A DNA stretch of 64,000 nucleotides, from NCBI GenBank assembly GCA_028710415.1, contig JAQTUE010000023.1:29468-93467 (forward strand). Direction: 5' to 3'. Numbering within the stretch: the first letter of the stretch is position 1; the number at the start of each line of letters is the position of its first letter. The notes below the pieces were generated by a model that had not been told where the DNA came from, did no database searches, and worked only from the letters and a program-made list of their open reading frames with translations. Of this stretch, positions 19,355 through 30,200 are shown piece after piece. The DNA comes from Paludibacter sp. GTDB lineage: Bacteria; Bacteroidota; Bacteroidia; Bacteroidales; Paludibacteraceae. A program made the position numbers and the translations under genes.

Positions 19355-19386
19355 CCACTTATGGATAGTATTCCATAAGTGGTTTG
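19355..19386 (+). terminator. Probable intrinsic terminator
   Basis: CCACTTATGGA-tagtat-TCCATAAGTGG then TTTG. Confidence 0.7.
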
Positions 19387-19588
19387 TTCTTTATATTAAC
19401 ACCTCGAATTGAGAGTCTTAAACTGTTTGTATAACTTTTCATATTGTAATTTTGTTTAATTAAATTAATATTGTACTTTTGAAGAATTCAAAAATCATTA
19501 ATTTAAAGACATTTACAATTGTATTTAGAAGATTGAACTTGAAAAAGTGTTCAATAGCCAGAAAAGATCTGTTTTGTTTTAAAAAAAT

Positions 19589-19708
19589 ATGATTTACCCC
19601 GACCTGGGTGGAATTAAATTTAACTGGAATGACTGGAATAGTGAGAATTCATCATTCACAATTAATTTTCTTCCGAATAAATGGCAAGTAGACATAAATA
19701 TTCAGTAA
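19589..19708 (+). CDS. Putative 39-aa small protein MIYPDLGGIKFNWNDWNSENSSFTINFLPNKWQVDINIQ
   Basis: Translated by hand; A-rich pre-start sequence; lies behind a near-duplicate of the hemerythrin promoter region. Confidence 0.3.
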   Translation: MIYPDLGGIKFNWNDWNSENSSFTINFLPNKWQVDINIQ

Positions 19709-19921
19709 TAGAAAATCATTAATTTAATATTGACACAGAAAAATAAAAACCAATTCATACTAAGTCCCCACGATCAGATGATCGAACATCAATAAAGATA
19801 AATAAGAATGCATGAAAAATGCATTCATACATAGTCTGATTACCAATATATTGCAATTAGTTATATAGTAGGAAACAAATAACTTCCACTTAAATCAGAC
19901 ATTAAAGTTTACCTTCAAATC

Positions 19922-20674
19922 ATGAGAAAAATCATTCACTTAATTGCAATCCTCGTTGGTTGCGTACTAATATTCTCCCTAGCAGGGTGTACGCCCTATT
20001 ATGCCTTTGGGAATGCAGGGATAGAACCCATTGCATTTACTAAATCATTGTATGCAGATTCTATTAAAGTGTCTACGTATATTGGTGGAAAATTTACGCA
20101 TAGTATCGACAGTGCTTACTATCACAGAGGGGAAACGAATTATTTCGGACAATTTTACTGGGCACAAACCCATATTGAAAAACATTTTAATTATTCATAT
20201 GGAGCCTTTGGGTATATTGGTTCGTACAAAGTGTTGGAAGTGGAAAGCTATGCAGGAAAAAAACCATATTATGGAGGAGGTTTATCAGGGGAGGTCAACT
20301 ATAATGTTCCGTTAAAAACTATCGACCTGCGGTTTATCGGAGTAAAGGGTACTTTATTGTATGAAAACGGCGAGTTTACCGGATTCCGCAGGATAGCATC
20401 ACAACAGCAGCTAATCACAGGAGTTACCGCCAGCCGGTATTCCTATAATATAAGCATGACACAGGGTTTTGATTTCAACGTGGATAAGGGAAGATTTGGT
20501 GTTGATATTTCAAGCGGGATTACTTATTTCTTAAATGACAAGCCGGAATTCTTAACCAGTTCGATTAATATACACTACACTTATAAACACTGTACAGCCT
20601 ATATTCAAAATACCAATAGTTTTTTGGGGATTGGGAGTGAATTTGCAGTAGGATTAAACTACAGAATAAAATAA
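19922..20674 (+). CDS. Hypothetical lipoprotein or outer-membrane protein
   Basis: Lipobox LAGC; Gly/aromatic beta strands; ends VGLNYRIK. Confidence 0.7.
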   Translation: MRKIIHLIAILVGCVLIFSLAGCTPYYAFGNAGIEPIAFTKSLYADSIKVSTYIGGKFTHSIDSAYYHRGETNYFGQFYWAQTHIEKHFNYSYGAFGYIGSYKVLEVESYAGKKPYYGGGLSGEVNYNVPLKTIDLRFIGVKGTLLYENGEFTGFRRIASQQQLITGVTASRYSYNISMTQGFDFNVDKGRFGVDISSGITYFLNDKPEFLTSSINIHYTYKHCTAYIQNTNSFLGIGSEFAVGLNYRIK

Positions 20675-20677
20675 ATG

Positions 20678-20720
20678 AAAAAGCCCTGTCAGGCATTCAG
20701 AGAATGCGATGACAGGACTT
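20678..20720. terminator. Probable bidirectional terminator between convergent units
   Basis: AAAAAGCCCTGTCA-GGCATTC...GAATGC-GA-TGACAGGACTT imperfect hairpin. Confidence 0.6.
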
Positions 20721-20747
20721 CTTGCTATATAAAGAATCGTTTGTTTA

Positions 20748-20849
20748 CTATTTATGTAAAATGATGACCAATACAATTAATACTAACATGTAGCTTGAAA
20801 AGAGTAAAGATACTGTCTTCAAAAATGAATTGTTTCTTAGAGTTTTCAT
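20748..20849 (-). CDS. Small membrane peptide, paralog 3: MKTLRNNSFLKTVSLLFSSYMLVLIVLVIILHK (33 aa)
   Basis: Hand-translated ATG to TAG; homologous to the two upstream ORFs. Confidence 0.85.
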   Translation of the reverse strand: MKTLRNNSFLKTVSLLFSSYMLVLIVLVIILHK

Positions 20850-20935
20850 ACTGATAGATTATTAGAAAATGAGAAAATTGAATAAATGATGCTATTGGAC
20901 AGGTAATCTAGACAAACGCACGTTTTGATTAGTTA

Positions 20936-21037
20936 CTATTTATGAAATACTATTACCAACACAATCAAAACCAGCATATAGCTTGTAAAAAGAATAGTTC
21001 CTGTTTTTACTAAAGTACGAAGTTTAAATGATTTCAT
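20936..21037 (-). CDS. Small membrane peptide, paralog 2: MKSFKLRTLVKTGTILFTSYMLVLIVLVIVFHK (33 aa)
   Basis: Hand-translated ATG to TAG; same length and conserved LF[ST]SYMLVL core. Confidence 0.85.
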   Translation of the reverse strand: MKSFKLRTLVKTGTILFTSYMLVLIVLVIVFHK

Positions 21038-21119
21038 ATGAGTTGAATTTTAATACAGTTGATTAAATATTTTTCGAATCCAGCAGAATGGAAATGATTG
21101 AATAAAGTTAGTCTGATAA

Positions 21120-21221
21120 TTATTTATTGAAAATAATCAGCAATACAACTAAAACCAACATATAACTCGAAAAAAGGATAGAAACTGTTTTTAAAAAAGG
21201 AAGGAGTTTGAATGTTTTCAT
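21120..21221 (-). CDS. Small membrane peptide, paralog 1: MKTFKLLPFLKTVSILFSSYMLVLVVLLIIFNK (33 aa)
   Basis: Hand-translated ATG to TAA; same length and conserved core. Confidence 0.85.
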   Translation of the reverse strand: MKTFKLLPFLKTVSILFSSYMLVLVVLLIIFNK

Positions 21222-21284
21222 ATTGTTACTATTAAAAAAGTGAAATTGAATTTATACCTTGAATAATTACTGTTTTTGATATTA

Positions 21285-21292
21285 CAAATATA
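21285..21292 (-). promoter_or_regulatory. Bacteroidetes -7 promoter box for the small-peptide array
   Basis: Plus-strand CAAATATA equals TATATTTG on the minus strand, 64 bp upstream of the first ATG. Confidence 0.55.
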
Positions 21293-22006
21293 TAGATAAA
21301 TGTATATCCATGCATCACACTTCGTGTTGTAGTACTACTTTTAGGATTGTAGCAGAATTTCCAACTATAAAAATGGAGTTAGTAGTTATACCTGATGAAT
21401 AATTATACAATACAACATCACTCTCAGAACATCTGGATTTATAATTGTTGAAACACAGCAAATAAATCCATTTAACAGGAGTAGTTGAATAATAAAAAGT
21501 AGAATAAAGAAATTCATTGGAACAAAATCAAAGAAATTATTACTACAAATCAATAGAATTCTTCCTTTTTTATACTCAACTTAAGGCCTTTGATAATGAT
21601 TCAACACATTCAACATAAACATTAATAAGTATTTTTTATATTATAAGCCCGATTAATTTATTATATATTAACTATATAGAAGAATATATTTAACACTAAA
21701 CCTTAATATAAAATAAAATGTTTGACAAACAATCAAAATATTTTACTATAAATTTAATGTTTAGCTTAGGCTATTAAAGCATTCTTATAAAAAACTTATC
21801 GTTTATTAATCCTGTTTAGCGAACAAATTCGTACATTAAGCCCATTTAAATTACAAAAGTGAATGTAAATAGATAAATTCAATTACATTTCATAAATATC
21901 AAATTCAATATCACAGATAATTTTAAACCTTTATTATTTGAAAGTGTTTCAAGTAGAAAAAAAGGATACTTCTTGAAGTACTATTCTGCTTTACAATTGA
22001 CAATTC

Positions 22007-22642
22007 ATGGAAAATAATTTAAAATTATACAACAGGGCCTATCAGCTAAGTTTGTTTACTATATTCTATAATATTATTGAAGGAATTTTATCCGTGGTGT
22101 TGGGTTATGAAGATGAGACACTGACTTTATTAGGATTTGGGGTTGATAGTTTTATTGAGGTTGTTTCAGGAATGGGGATAGCTGTTATGATATTACGCAT
22201 CCGGTTGAATCCTGAAAGTTCAATAAATAAGTTTGAAATAACAGCGCTTAAAATTACAGGAACGGCTTTTTATATATTATCAGCCGGGTTGATTGCAGGA
22301 GTCATATTAAACATTCTGAACAAACATAAACCTGAAACTACATTTTGGGGAATCGTAATCTCGTTAGTTTCAATTGTAGTTATGACCTGGTTGATGTTGG
22401 AAAAAAGAAAAACAGGCAGGCAATTAAATTCAGAGCCTATTATTTCGGATAGCAATTGTACAAAAATATGCATCTATATGTCGGTCATACTGCTCATATC
22501 AAGCCTGATTTATGAGTTGACAGGATTTATATATGCGGATGCCATTGGCACGTTAGGATTGGTTTATTTCTCGATAAGTGAGGGAAAGGAAGCATTTGAA
22601 AAAGCAAAAGAGAAAAATTATTGCTGTGATGATTGTTCTTAA
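22007..22642 (+). CDS. Short CDF-like cation transporter (TM domain only) with a Cys-rich tail
   Basis: YNIIEG, LLGFGVDSFIEVVSG, six TM helices, ends YCCDDCS. Confidence 0.8.
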   Translation: MENNLKLYNRAYQLSLFTIFYNIIEGILSVVLGYEDETLTLLGFGVDSFIEVVSGMGIAVMILRIRLNPESSINKFEITALKITGTAFYILSAGLIAGVILNILNKHKPETTFWGIVISLVSIVVMTWLMLEKRKTGRQLNSEPIISDSNCTKICIYMSVILLISSLIYELTGFIYADAIGTLGLVYFSISEGKEAFEKAKEKNYCCDDCS

Positions 22643-22762
22643 TTAAAAACTGAGTTTAAATGACTGATGTAATAAATAAATGGAATCACTTTTGAAAATA
22701 ATATCTTAGTTCCTAAAATAACCAACGTCTTGAAGTTTGACTCTAAAAAATCAAAAAAAACT

Positions 22763-23761
22763 ATGAAAGTATTATTTATCGGAGGTACCGGCAACATCAG
22801 TTCTGCCTGTACTGAATTGGCCATTTCAAGGGGAATTGACCTTTATCATCTGAACAGGGGAAAAAGTGCCGGGATACGAAATGTACAGGGAATGAAAACA
22901 ATCATTTCGGATATCCGTAATTATGAAGAAACAAAGAAAAGCCTCGAAGGACATACTTTTGATGCAGTTGTTGATTTTATTGCCTACATGCCAGAGCATA
23001 TTGAAAATGATATCAGATTATTTTCAGGAATAACCAAGCAGTTTGTATTCATTAGTTCAGCATCTGTTTACCAGACTCCTCCTGAAAAACTGCCGGTGAG
23101 TGAAGAAACACCTTTGGAAAATCCTTACTGGGAGTATTCCAGAAATAAAATAGCCTGTGAGAGAGTACTGAAAGAAGCATATCAGGAGAACGGCTTTCCG
23201 TATACCATTATCCGACCTTCACATACCTACGATAAAACAATGATTCCGGTTATAGGAGGATATACGGTATTGCATAGAATGTTACAAGGTTTGCCGGTTA
23301 TTGTTCCGGGTGATGGGACATCCATCTGGACACTCACGAATTCTAAGGATTTTGCAGTGGGTCTTGTCGGTCTGTTAGGAAAAACAGAATCTATCCACGA
23401 AGCATTCAATATTACTTCGGATGAATGGTTAACCTGGAATGGCATCTATTCGATCCTGGCAAAAGAATTGAATGTTATTCCCTGTATTGTACATATTCCT
23501 TCAAACATAATTGCCAGGTATAACCGTACCATCGGAGATGGATTGCTGGGTGACAAATCACACAGTATGATATTCGACAACAGCAAGATCCGGAAGTTGG
23601 TACCTGATTTCAATCCTGTCATACCATTCACCGAGGGAGCTAAGGAAATTGTGGCATGGTTTAATGAAAATACCAGGCAAAAAGAACCGGATAGTGAAAT
23701 CAATCAGTTTATGGATAAAATCACACATGATTATTTACTGTTTGTTGAGCAAATAAAATAA
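22763..23761 (+). CDS. NAD-dependent epimerase/dehydratase (atypical SDR)
   Basis: MKVLFIGGTGNIS, FISSASVY, YSRNK, IIRPSHTY. Confidence 0.9.
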   Translation: MKVLFIGGTGNISSACTELAISRGIDLYHLNRGKSAGIRNVQGMKTIISDIRNYEETKKSLEGHTFDAVVDFIAYMPEHIENDIRLFSGITKQFVFISSASVYQTPPEKLPVSEETPLENPYWEYSRNKIACERVLKEAYQENGFPYTIIRPSHTYDKTMIPVIGGYTVLHRMLQGLPVIVPGDGTSIWTLTNSKDFAVGLVGLLGKTESIHEAFNITSDEWLTWNGIYSILAKELNVIPCIVHIPSNIIARYNRTIGDGLLGDKSHSMIFDNSKIRKLVPDFNPVIPFTEGAKEIVAWFNENTRQKEPDSEINQFMDKITHDYLLFVEQIK

Positions 23762-23800
23762 AAAAATATCATTGGTCAGAATAATTAAATAGATAATATT

Positions 23801-24166
23801 ATGGGAACAATAGCGCAACTTCTAATTGGACTTATAGCATTAGAACATTTCTATTTTTTATGGCTGGAGATGTTCGTCTGGGAGACGACAGGAAGAAAAG
23901 TTTTCAGTGAAGTATTACCGGAAAAGCTTTTTTTGCCAACAAAGGGTTTAGCTGCAAACCAGGGACTCTATAATGGTTTTTTAGCTGCCGGATTAATCTG
24001 GACATTCTTTATCTCGGATCCCTTATGGAAAACATATATTTCAATTTTCTTTTTAGGGTGTATTTTTATAGCAGGCATATATGGAGGAATTACAGTAACC
24101 AGGAAGATTTTCTTAGTACAGGCAATACCTGCAGTCATTGCAATTATATTTGTTTTGGCAAGTTAA
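23801..24166 (+). CDS. DUF1304-like small membrane protein
   Basis: ALEHFYFLWLEMF and ANQGLYNGFLAAG motifs. Confidence 0.85.
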   Translation: MGTIAQLLIGLIALEHFYFLWLEMFVWETTGRKVFSEVLPEKLFLPTKGLAANQGLYNGFLAAGLIWTFFISDPLWKTYISIFFLGCIFIAGIYGGITVTRKIFLVQAIPAVIAIIFVLAS

Positions 24167-24273
24167 TAGTTTTTCCTAAATTGCACGATATTTGAACCAG
24201 AAGATTATAATTGGATCAGAGTCTATACTATCAAAAGCATCAATCATTTATAATAAACAATTCTATCCCCAAA

Positions 24274-24705
24274 ATGAAAAAAACAGTTCTGTTCATCACC
24301 ATTTTATGTATTTGTTTTAATCTAAGTTGTTATTCAAGGGGAGGATTTGGAGGATTTCATTCCTCCGGCCATAGTTTTCATTCATCCAGAACCAGCAGTC
24401 ACAGCATGAACGGTAGATCAACAACCCATACTGTGGGCAGTTCCGCACATACCAATTCAGTAAGAAGTACCCATGGTATCGAAACAGGCTTTAACCATTC
24501 ACCCAGACCTGTCACCTTTTACAGGAATAATCCAAGTTACAGGATGGTAAACAACCATTATTATCCTGTATATCATCGCAGTCCAAATTATTTGTTATGG
24601 TATTTCGTCATCATGAATCACAGGACCCACAGGAATGATACCATCAAAGCTAAATCGAAAGAAGAATTAGATAAAAAAGTAAAATCAGTAAGTACCGAAT
24701 GGTAA
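24274..24705 (+). CDS. Hypothetical exported Gly/Ser/His-rich protein
   Basis: Signal peptide MKKTVLFITILCICF, then RGGFGGFHSSGHSFHSS low-complexity region. Confidence 0.65.
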   Translation: MKKTVLFITILCICFNLSCYSRGGFGGFHSSGHSFHSSRTSSHSMNGRSTTHTVGSSAHTNSVRSTHGIETGFNHSPRPVTFYRNNPSYRMVNNHYYPVYHRSPNYLLWYFVIMNHRTHRNDTIKAKSKEELDKKVKSVSTEW

Positions 24706-25018
24706 GCAAATAATGCCTAATTGTTAGATTCTAATTGAGTAGAAATAATACTCAAATCTTAATCCTAAATCTCTACAGATTCTACTGATACCTTTGTCAT
24801 TAAATTCAAGCAAAGGAAATGTATATTTTATTGAGATTTACTTGGGACAAACAAAAACCGAATGTTTACTGAAATATCTTAATCCTATTATTTATACTGC
24901 TTATATAAAGTTTTTCACTGATTGCTAACAACTGGCAGTTTATAAATATATATCTTTGCGAATCTATAATTTAGTTATTTTATACAGATTATTTTCCGGA
25001 AATTACAAATCGCAGATA

Positions 25019-26302
25019 ATGAAAAGATTTTTATTCCCATTAATTCTATTGTTTTTAACCGGAATGATTAATTCGCAAAAGCGCGATTTAAATTACTATC
25101 TGGATCAAGCCACAGCAAACAGTCCTCTCATTCAGAAAAACAAAAACAACAGTAAAATTATTGAACTGGATTTCCAACAAACCCAACGCATCTTAAAAAA
25201 TCCGGTTATCAACCTGGAATTCAACATCCTCTTTGCACCTATTATTACACACACAACCAGTTCCAACCGGTTAGACATTGTTTCAAACGGATCGGACAGT
25301 TATTCAGGTTACGATCTTGCTATAACCAATGGAGGACAATACCAGGCATTTCTAACCTTAAAACAACCTCTTAATCCGAAATCATCCCTGGATGCTTATT
25401 CAAGAAGATCGGAACTATCCAGGAAACAGAATGAAAATTCTACTACCATGACTATTCATGAGTTAGAGCAACTGGTAAGCTATCAATATCTGATTTGCTT
25501 AAAGTCGAAAGTTCAAAGAAAGAATGTAGAACGACAGATCAGTAACCTGGACGATCAGTTGAAAGTCATGCAAAAGCTTGTTGAAAATGCAGTCTTTAAA
25601 CAAACCGACATTTTGTTGCTTGAAATCGAAAGGCAAAACCTGGAGATAGATACTAAATCATTCAACGATGACTATGCAGCCAATCTGTATGACATGAACC
25701 TGCTCTGCGGGATAAAAGATTCAACTAAAGTTGACATTCAGGAAATTGATATTCAACTGAAACCTGATATTGCTGCCAATTCACAATTTCTAACCTCTTA
25801 CAAGCTTGACAGCCTGGGGATAGCATCTGACTTATCAATTACAGAGCTAAAATATAAACCTCAATTGAATTTATTTGCCAATGCCGGATTAAATGCCGTA
25901 TACATTCCTGCATTTAACCGGCTGGGATTTAGTGCGGGACTCACATTCAGCTGGAATCTCTATGATGGAAACCAGCGGAAACTTGAAAAGGAAAAATCGA
26001 ATGTGAATATCAATACACTCCAGTTTGAAAAAACACATTTTATGTCACAACTGGAAATCAACAAGAATAAAATCAAGAGCCAGATAAACTCATTGAACGA
26101 ACGAACAATATTGATTGAAAACCAAATGAAAGAATATGATAAACTTTATACGGTTTATCAACACGAACTTACCCAGGGGTTGATTTCAGTTATGGATTTT
26201 AAAAACCTGCTGAAAGATATTACCGTTAAAAGGCAACAAAGTTTACTCCTAAAAATGGAAAAGCTAATGCTGATAAATTCATATAATTATTGGAATTACT
26301 AA
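25019..26302 (+). CDS. TolC-family outer-membrane efflux protein
   Basis: Signal peptide, helical repeats, GLTFSWNLYDG; first gene of an RND operon. Confidence 0.85.
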   Translation: MKRFLFPLILLFLTGMINSQKRDLNYYLDQATANSPLIQKNKNNSKIIELDFQQTQRILKNPVINLEFNILFAPIITHTTSSNRLDIVSNGSDSYSGYDLAITNGGQYQAFLTLKQPLNPKSSLDAYSRRSELSRKQNENSTTMTIHELEQLVSYQYLICLKSKVQRKNVERQISNLDDQLKVMQKLVENAVFKQTDILLLEIERQNLEIDTKSFNDDYAANLYDMNLLCGIKDSTKVDIQEIDIQLKPDIAANSQFLTSYKLDSLGIASDLSITELKYKPQLNLFANAGLNAVYIPAFNRLGFSAGLTFSWNLYDGNQRKLEKEKSNVNINTLQFEKTHFMSQLEINKNKIKSQINSLNERTILIENQMKEYDKLYTVYQHELTQGLISVMDFKNLLKDITVKRQQSLLLKMEKLMLINSYNYWNY

Positions 26303-26350
26303 AGGTATTAAAAAGCCCGGCGTAGTATTCTATTTAAAACATTTTATAGT

Positions 26351-27253
26351 ATGCGACATATTACTTTAATATTTTCGATATTCGTAATGGGACTGGCATT
26401 GAATTCCTGCACAAAGAAAGAGGCAAAGGAAGAAGAGCAGACTCATATAGTTACTGTTAAAACATCACATGTCCAAATAGGAGAAATTGATAATAAGATT
26501 AGTTTTAACGGTAAGACTGTATATTTAAAAAAGAATCTGGTTGTTTCACCTATCTCGGGTTATGTAAGGAAGATGACTGTGAAATTCGGTGAGTCAGTAA
26601 AAAAAGGGCAACTGTTATTCGAGATACAAACAAAAGAAAACAAGGCATTAGAGAGTACAGATTCCGGCAATATGGGGATCATCAAAGTTTTTTCACCAAC
26701 AAGTGGAGTAATAAGCACCTTGAATATTACGGCATCAGGTGCCTATGTCCTGGAAGGAGCTTCACTTTGTACTGTTGCCGAAAGTACTGAAGTGATGGTA
26801 CAGTTAAATCTCCCGTTCGAATTTAATTCATTGGTTAAGGCAGGAACTACCTGCACCTTGATCCTGGGTGAAGACACCAAGTTTAACGGAACTGTCTACC
26901 AAATTCTTCCAACTGTTGATGAAGCGAACCAGACACAGCAAATCCTGATAAAACCACACACCAGCAAACAATTACCCGAGAATCTCAATCTGGCAGTTGA
27001 AATCCTTAAAACCAGACACAACAGGAGCTGCTTAATCCCCCGTGAGGCAATCATGACAAACGAAACCCAGACTATATTCTGGGTTATGAAGGTGGTCGAT
27101 AACAAGTTGGCAATTAAAGTTCCCATAACAAAAGGGATTGAAAACGATAAAATGGTAGAAGCGTTGAATTCAGGCTTGACAAAGAATGATCAGGTCATTG
27201 TCGAAGGCGCTTATGGCTTAAATGACAGCACGGTGGTAAAGGTTATTAAATAA
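26351..27253 (+). CDS. RND periplasmic adaptor subunit
   Basis: Lipobox LNSC, VVSPISGYV...VKKGQLLF, GLTKNDQVIVEG. Confidence 0.9.
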   Translation: MRHITLIFSIFVMGLALNSCTKKEAKEEEQTHIVTVKTSHVQIGEIDNKISFNGKTVYLKKNLVVSPISGYVRKMTVKFGESVKKGQLLFEIQTKENKALESTDSGNMGIIKVFSPTSGVISTLNITASGAYVLEGASLCTVAESTEVMVQLNLPFEFNSLVKAGTTCTLILGEDTKFNGTVYQILPTVDEANQTQQILIKPHTSKQLPENLNLAVEILKTRHNRSCLIPREAIMTNETQTIFWVMKVVDNKLAIKVPITKGIENDKMVEALNSGLTKNDQVIVEGAYGLNDSTVVKVIK

Positions 27254-27259
27254 ACTAAT

Positions 27260-30200
27260 ATGGAAAATATATTTGTCCGTTTTAAAAGCCCGATAACTGT
27301 AATCCTGTTACTCATTCTGATAGGTGGTGGATTCTCCTATCAGAGCATGAAAACATCCCTGTTCCCAAATGTTACCTTCCCGAAAATAAAAATCATTGCC
27401 CAGAACGGGGAACAACCTGTTGAGAAAATGATGGTGCAGGTAACAAAACCACTTGAAAATGCCATTAAAGGTGTAGACAACCTGCAATTGATCCGAAGTA
27501 CAACCAGTTTAGGAAGTTGTGAAATATCCGCCTACATGAACTGGAATTCGGATATTGACCTTGACAAGCAACAGGTTGAATCGCAAATTACACAAATCAA
27601 GAATGATTTACCACCAGGTGTTCAGATTACAGTTGCGAAGATGAACCCTTCCATTTTACCGGTGATGGGATATTCACTTCAATCGGAGAACAAAAATCCG
27701 GTGGAACTTAAAATGATTGCCCAATATACTGTAAAACCTTATTTATCGCGGGTATTGGGAGTTGCGTCTGTTCAGGTAATTGGCGGAAAAGAAAAAGAGT
27801 ACCGGATCATATTGGATGAACGGAAACTGAATACCCTAAAGATTAACCCGCTTGACATTCAAAAAATACTCCAGCAAACCGATTTCATTAAATCCACAGG
27901 CTTTACAGTGGATTATAACAGATTATATTTAACAGTAACAGATGCCACTCTTAAAAACATAGACCAACTTGAAAACTTAGTGATTTTTGATAACGGTATA
28001 CGTAAAGTAAAAATAATTGATGTATCTTCCGTTCAAATAGCAGAACAGAATGAATATATCAGGATAAAAGCTGATGGTAAAAACGTACCGTTGATTGCAG
28101 TGGTCAAACAACCGAAAAGCAACCTGATTGATGTTGCCGGTGAGGTTTCTGTAAAAGTTGAGGAACTGAATAAAATATTGCCTAAAGGAGTTGTTTTAAA
28201 ACCATACTACAACCAGGCAGAGTTTGTACATGGAAGTATCCGAAGCATTATCGATGTATTGTGGATTGGACTGGCATTGGCAATTATCGTTGTATTATTG
28301 TTTTTAAGATCCTATAAGGCAGGTTCGGTTTTGCTTTTGACTATTCCCCTGACATTGGCACTTACGTTTATCACTCTTAAATTTATAGGATTTGATTTTA
28401 ATATCATGACCATTGGTGCTATTGCTGCCTCCATTGGTTTAATAATTGATGATGCTATTATCGTAGTTGAACAAATCCACAGGACACATGAAGAATTTCC
28501 GGATAAGAGACCAAAGGAATTAGTTGGCAAAGCCATCAGTTTTTTATTTCCTGCCATGGTCAGCTCTTCATTAAGCACCATTGTTATCCTGATACCATTT
28601 GAATTAATGTCGGGGGTGGCAGGAGCTTATTTCAAAATCCTGACCGAAACAATGGTTGTGACCCTGGTATGTTCGTTTGTTATTACCTGGCTTGGGTTGC
28701 CGGTTGTCTATTTGCTTTTATCCAAAGACAAAGGATTATCCGAATCAACAGAAACTCATTTGGTAAAACATCGTCCATGGATTGAAGTGTTCATTATACG
28801 TCCTTATATAAGCATTGCCTTTGTATTGGTTTTAATCCTGGGCCTGGTTCTCATGTTACCCAGATTACAAACCGGATTCTTACCTGAAATGGATGAAGGT
28901 TCCATTGTATTGGATTATAATTCCCCACCAGGAACTTCGCTCGAAGAAACTAACCGCATGTTGAATGAAGTAGACAAGATCCTGGAAACAACTCCGGAAG
29001 TAAAAACATATTCACGCAGAACGGGAACACAAATGGGTTTTTTCATTACGGAACCCAACCGGGGTGATTATCTGATTGAATTAAAAACAAAAAGAGATAA
29101 AAAAACAGAAGAAGTTTCGAATGACATTCGCATCCGGATTGAAAAAACATTGCCGGCACTGACTGTTGATTTCGGTCAGGTGATAACCGATATGCTGGGT
29201 GATTTGATGAGCAGTGTACAACCTGTAGAAATAAAAATATTCGGTGATAATAATCAGAAATTGCAGGCTTTATCGAAACAAGTAGCCGATAGCATTAAAA
29301 CTATACAGGGAACAGCTGATATTTTTGATGGAATCATAGTAGCCGGTCCCATGTTGAAGATTTTACCGAAAGAAGAAAAGCTTAAGCAGTTCGGACTTAA
29401 TCCATCGGATTTACAATCACAAATGGAAACCTATATTTCAGGAGTGGTAATTGGTTCTATTCCTGAGAAAGAACAATTAACTGATATACGGATGATCTTT
29501 CCACAGAATAATAAAACGCCTATTGAGAAAATGAAAGATGCCAAAGTATGCACTTCAACGGGCGATTACATTCCGGTCAGTGAAATGGCTGATTTTAATA
29601 TCCTGAGTGGTGTTACCGAAATCGAACGCGAAAACCTGCAAACCATGGGCGTGGTTACTGCAAGGCTTAACAACCGGGATTTAGGCAGTGTAATGTCTGA
29701 CATTAAAAATAAATTATCCCAAATCAGCCTGCCTCCCTCCTACCAGATAGAATATGGAGGATCGTATGCCGAACAACAAAAATCATTTGCCGAATTGCTT
29801 AAAATATTGCTAATAGCAGCCTTACTGGTTTTCTCTGTTGTGTTGTTTATGTTCAAAGATCTCAAACTATCCTTGATAGTAATTTTTGTAAGTTCGTTGG
29901 GAGTGGTCGGAGGTGTAGCAGCTTTATTCCTGACAGATACCCCCTTGAATGTAGGCAGTTACACAGGGTTAATAATGATTGTTGGTATTATCGGGGAGAA
30001 TTGTATCTTTACCATTCAACAATTTTTATTCGAATTGAAGAACACTACTGTCAACCATGCGTTAGTATTTGCAATATCGGCACGTTTAAGGCCTAAATTA
30101 ATGACTGCCTCCGGAGCTATTGTCGCTTTAATACCATTGGCATTAGGAATAGGGTCCGGAGCTCAAATGCATCAATCTTTGGCCATTGCAGTGATAGGGG

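Noticed and set aside
19589-19708. Darobactin- or triceptide-like precursor suggested by WNDWNS..SSF
   Set aside because: Only superficial resemblance, and there is no radical SAM maturase nearby.
20748-21221. Possible CRISPR or non-coding repeat array with a period of about 186 bp
   Set aside because: Conservation is at the amino-acid level with synonymous changes, so the units are small genes.
21327-21352. TTGTAG direct repeat at 20-bp spacing upstream of the small-peptide promoter
   Set aside because: Only two short copies in AT-rich DNA; too weak to call as an operator.
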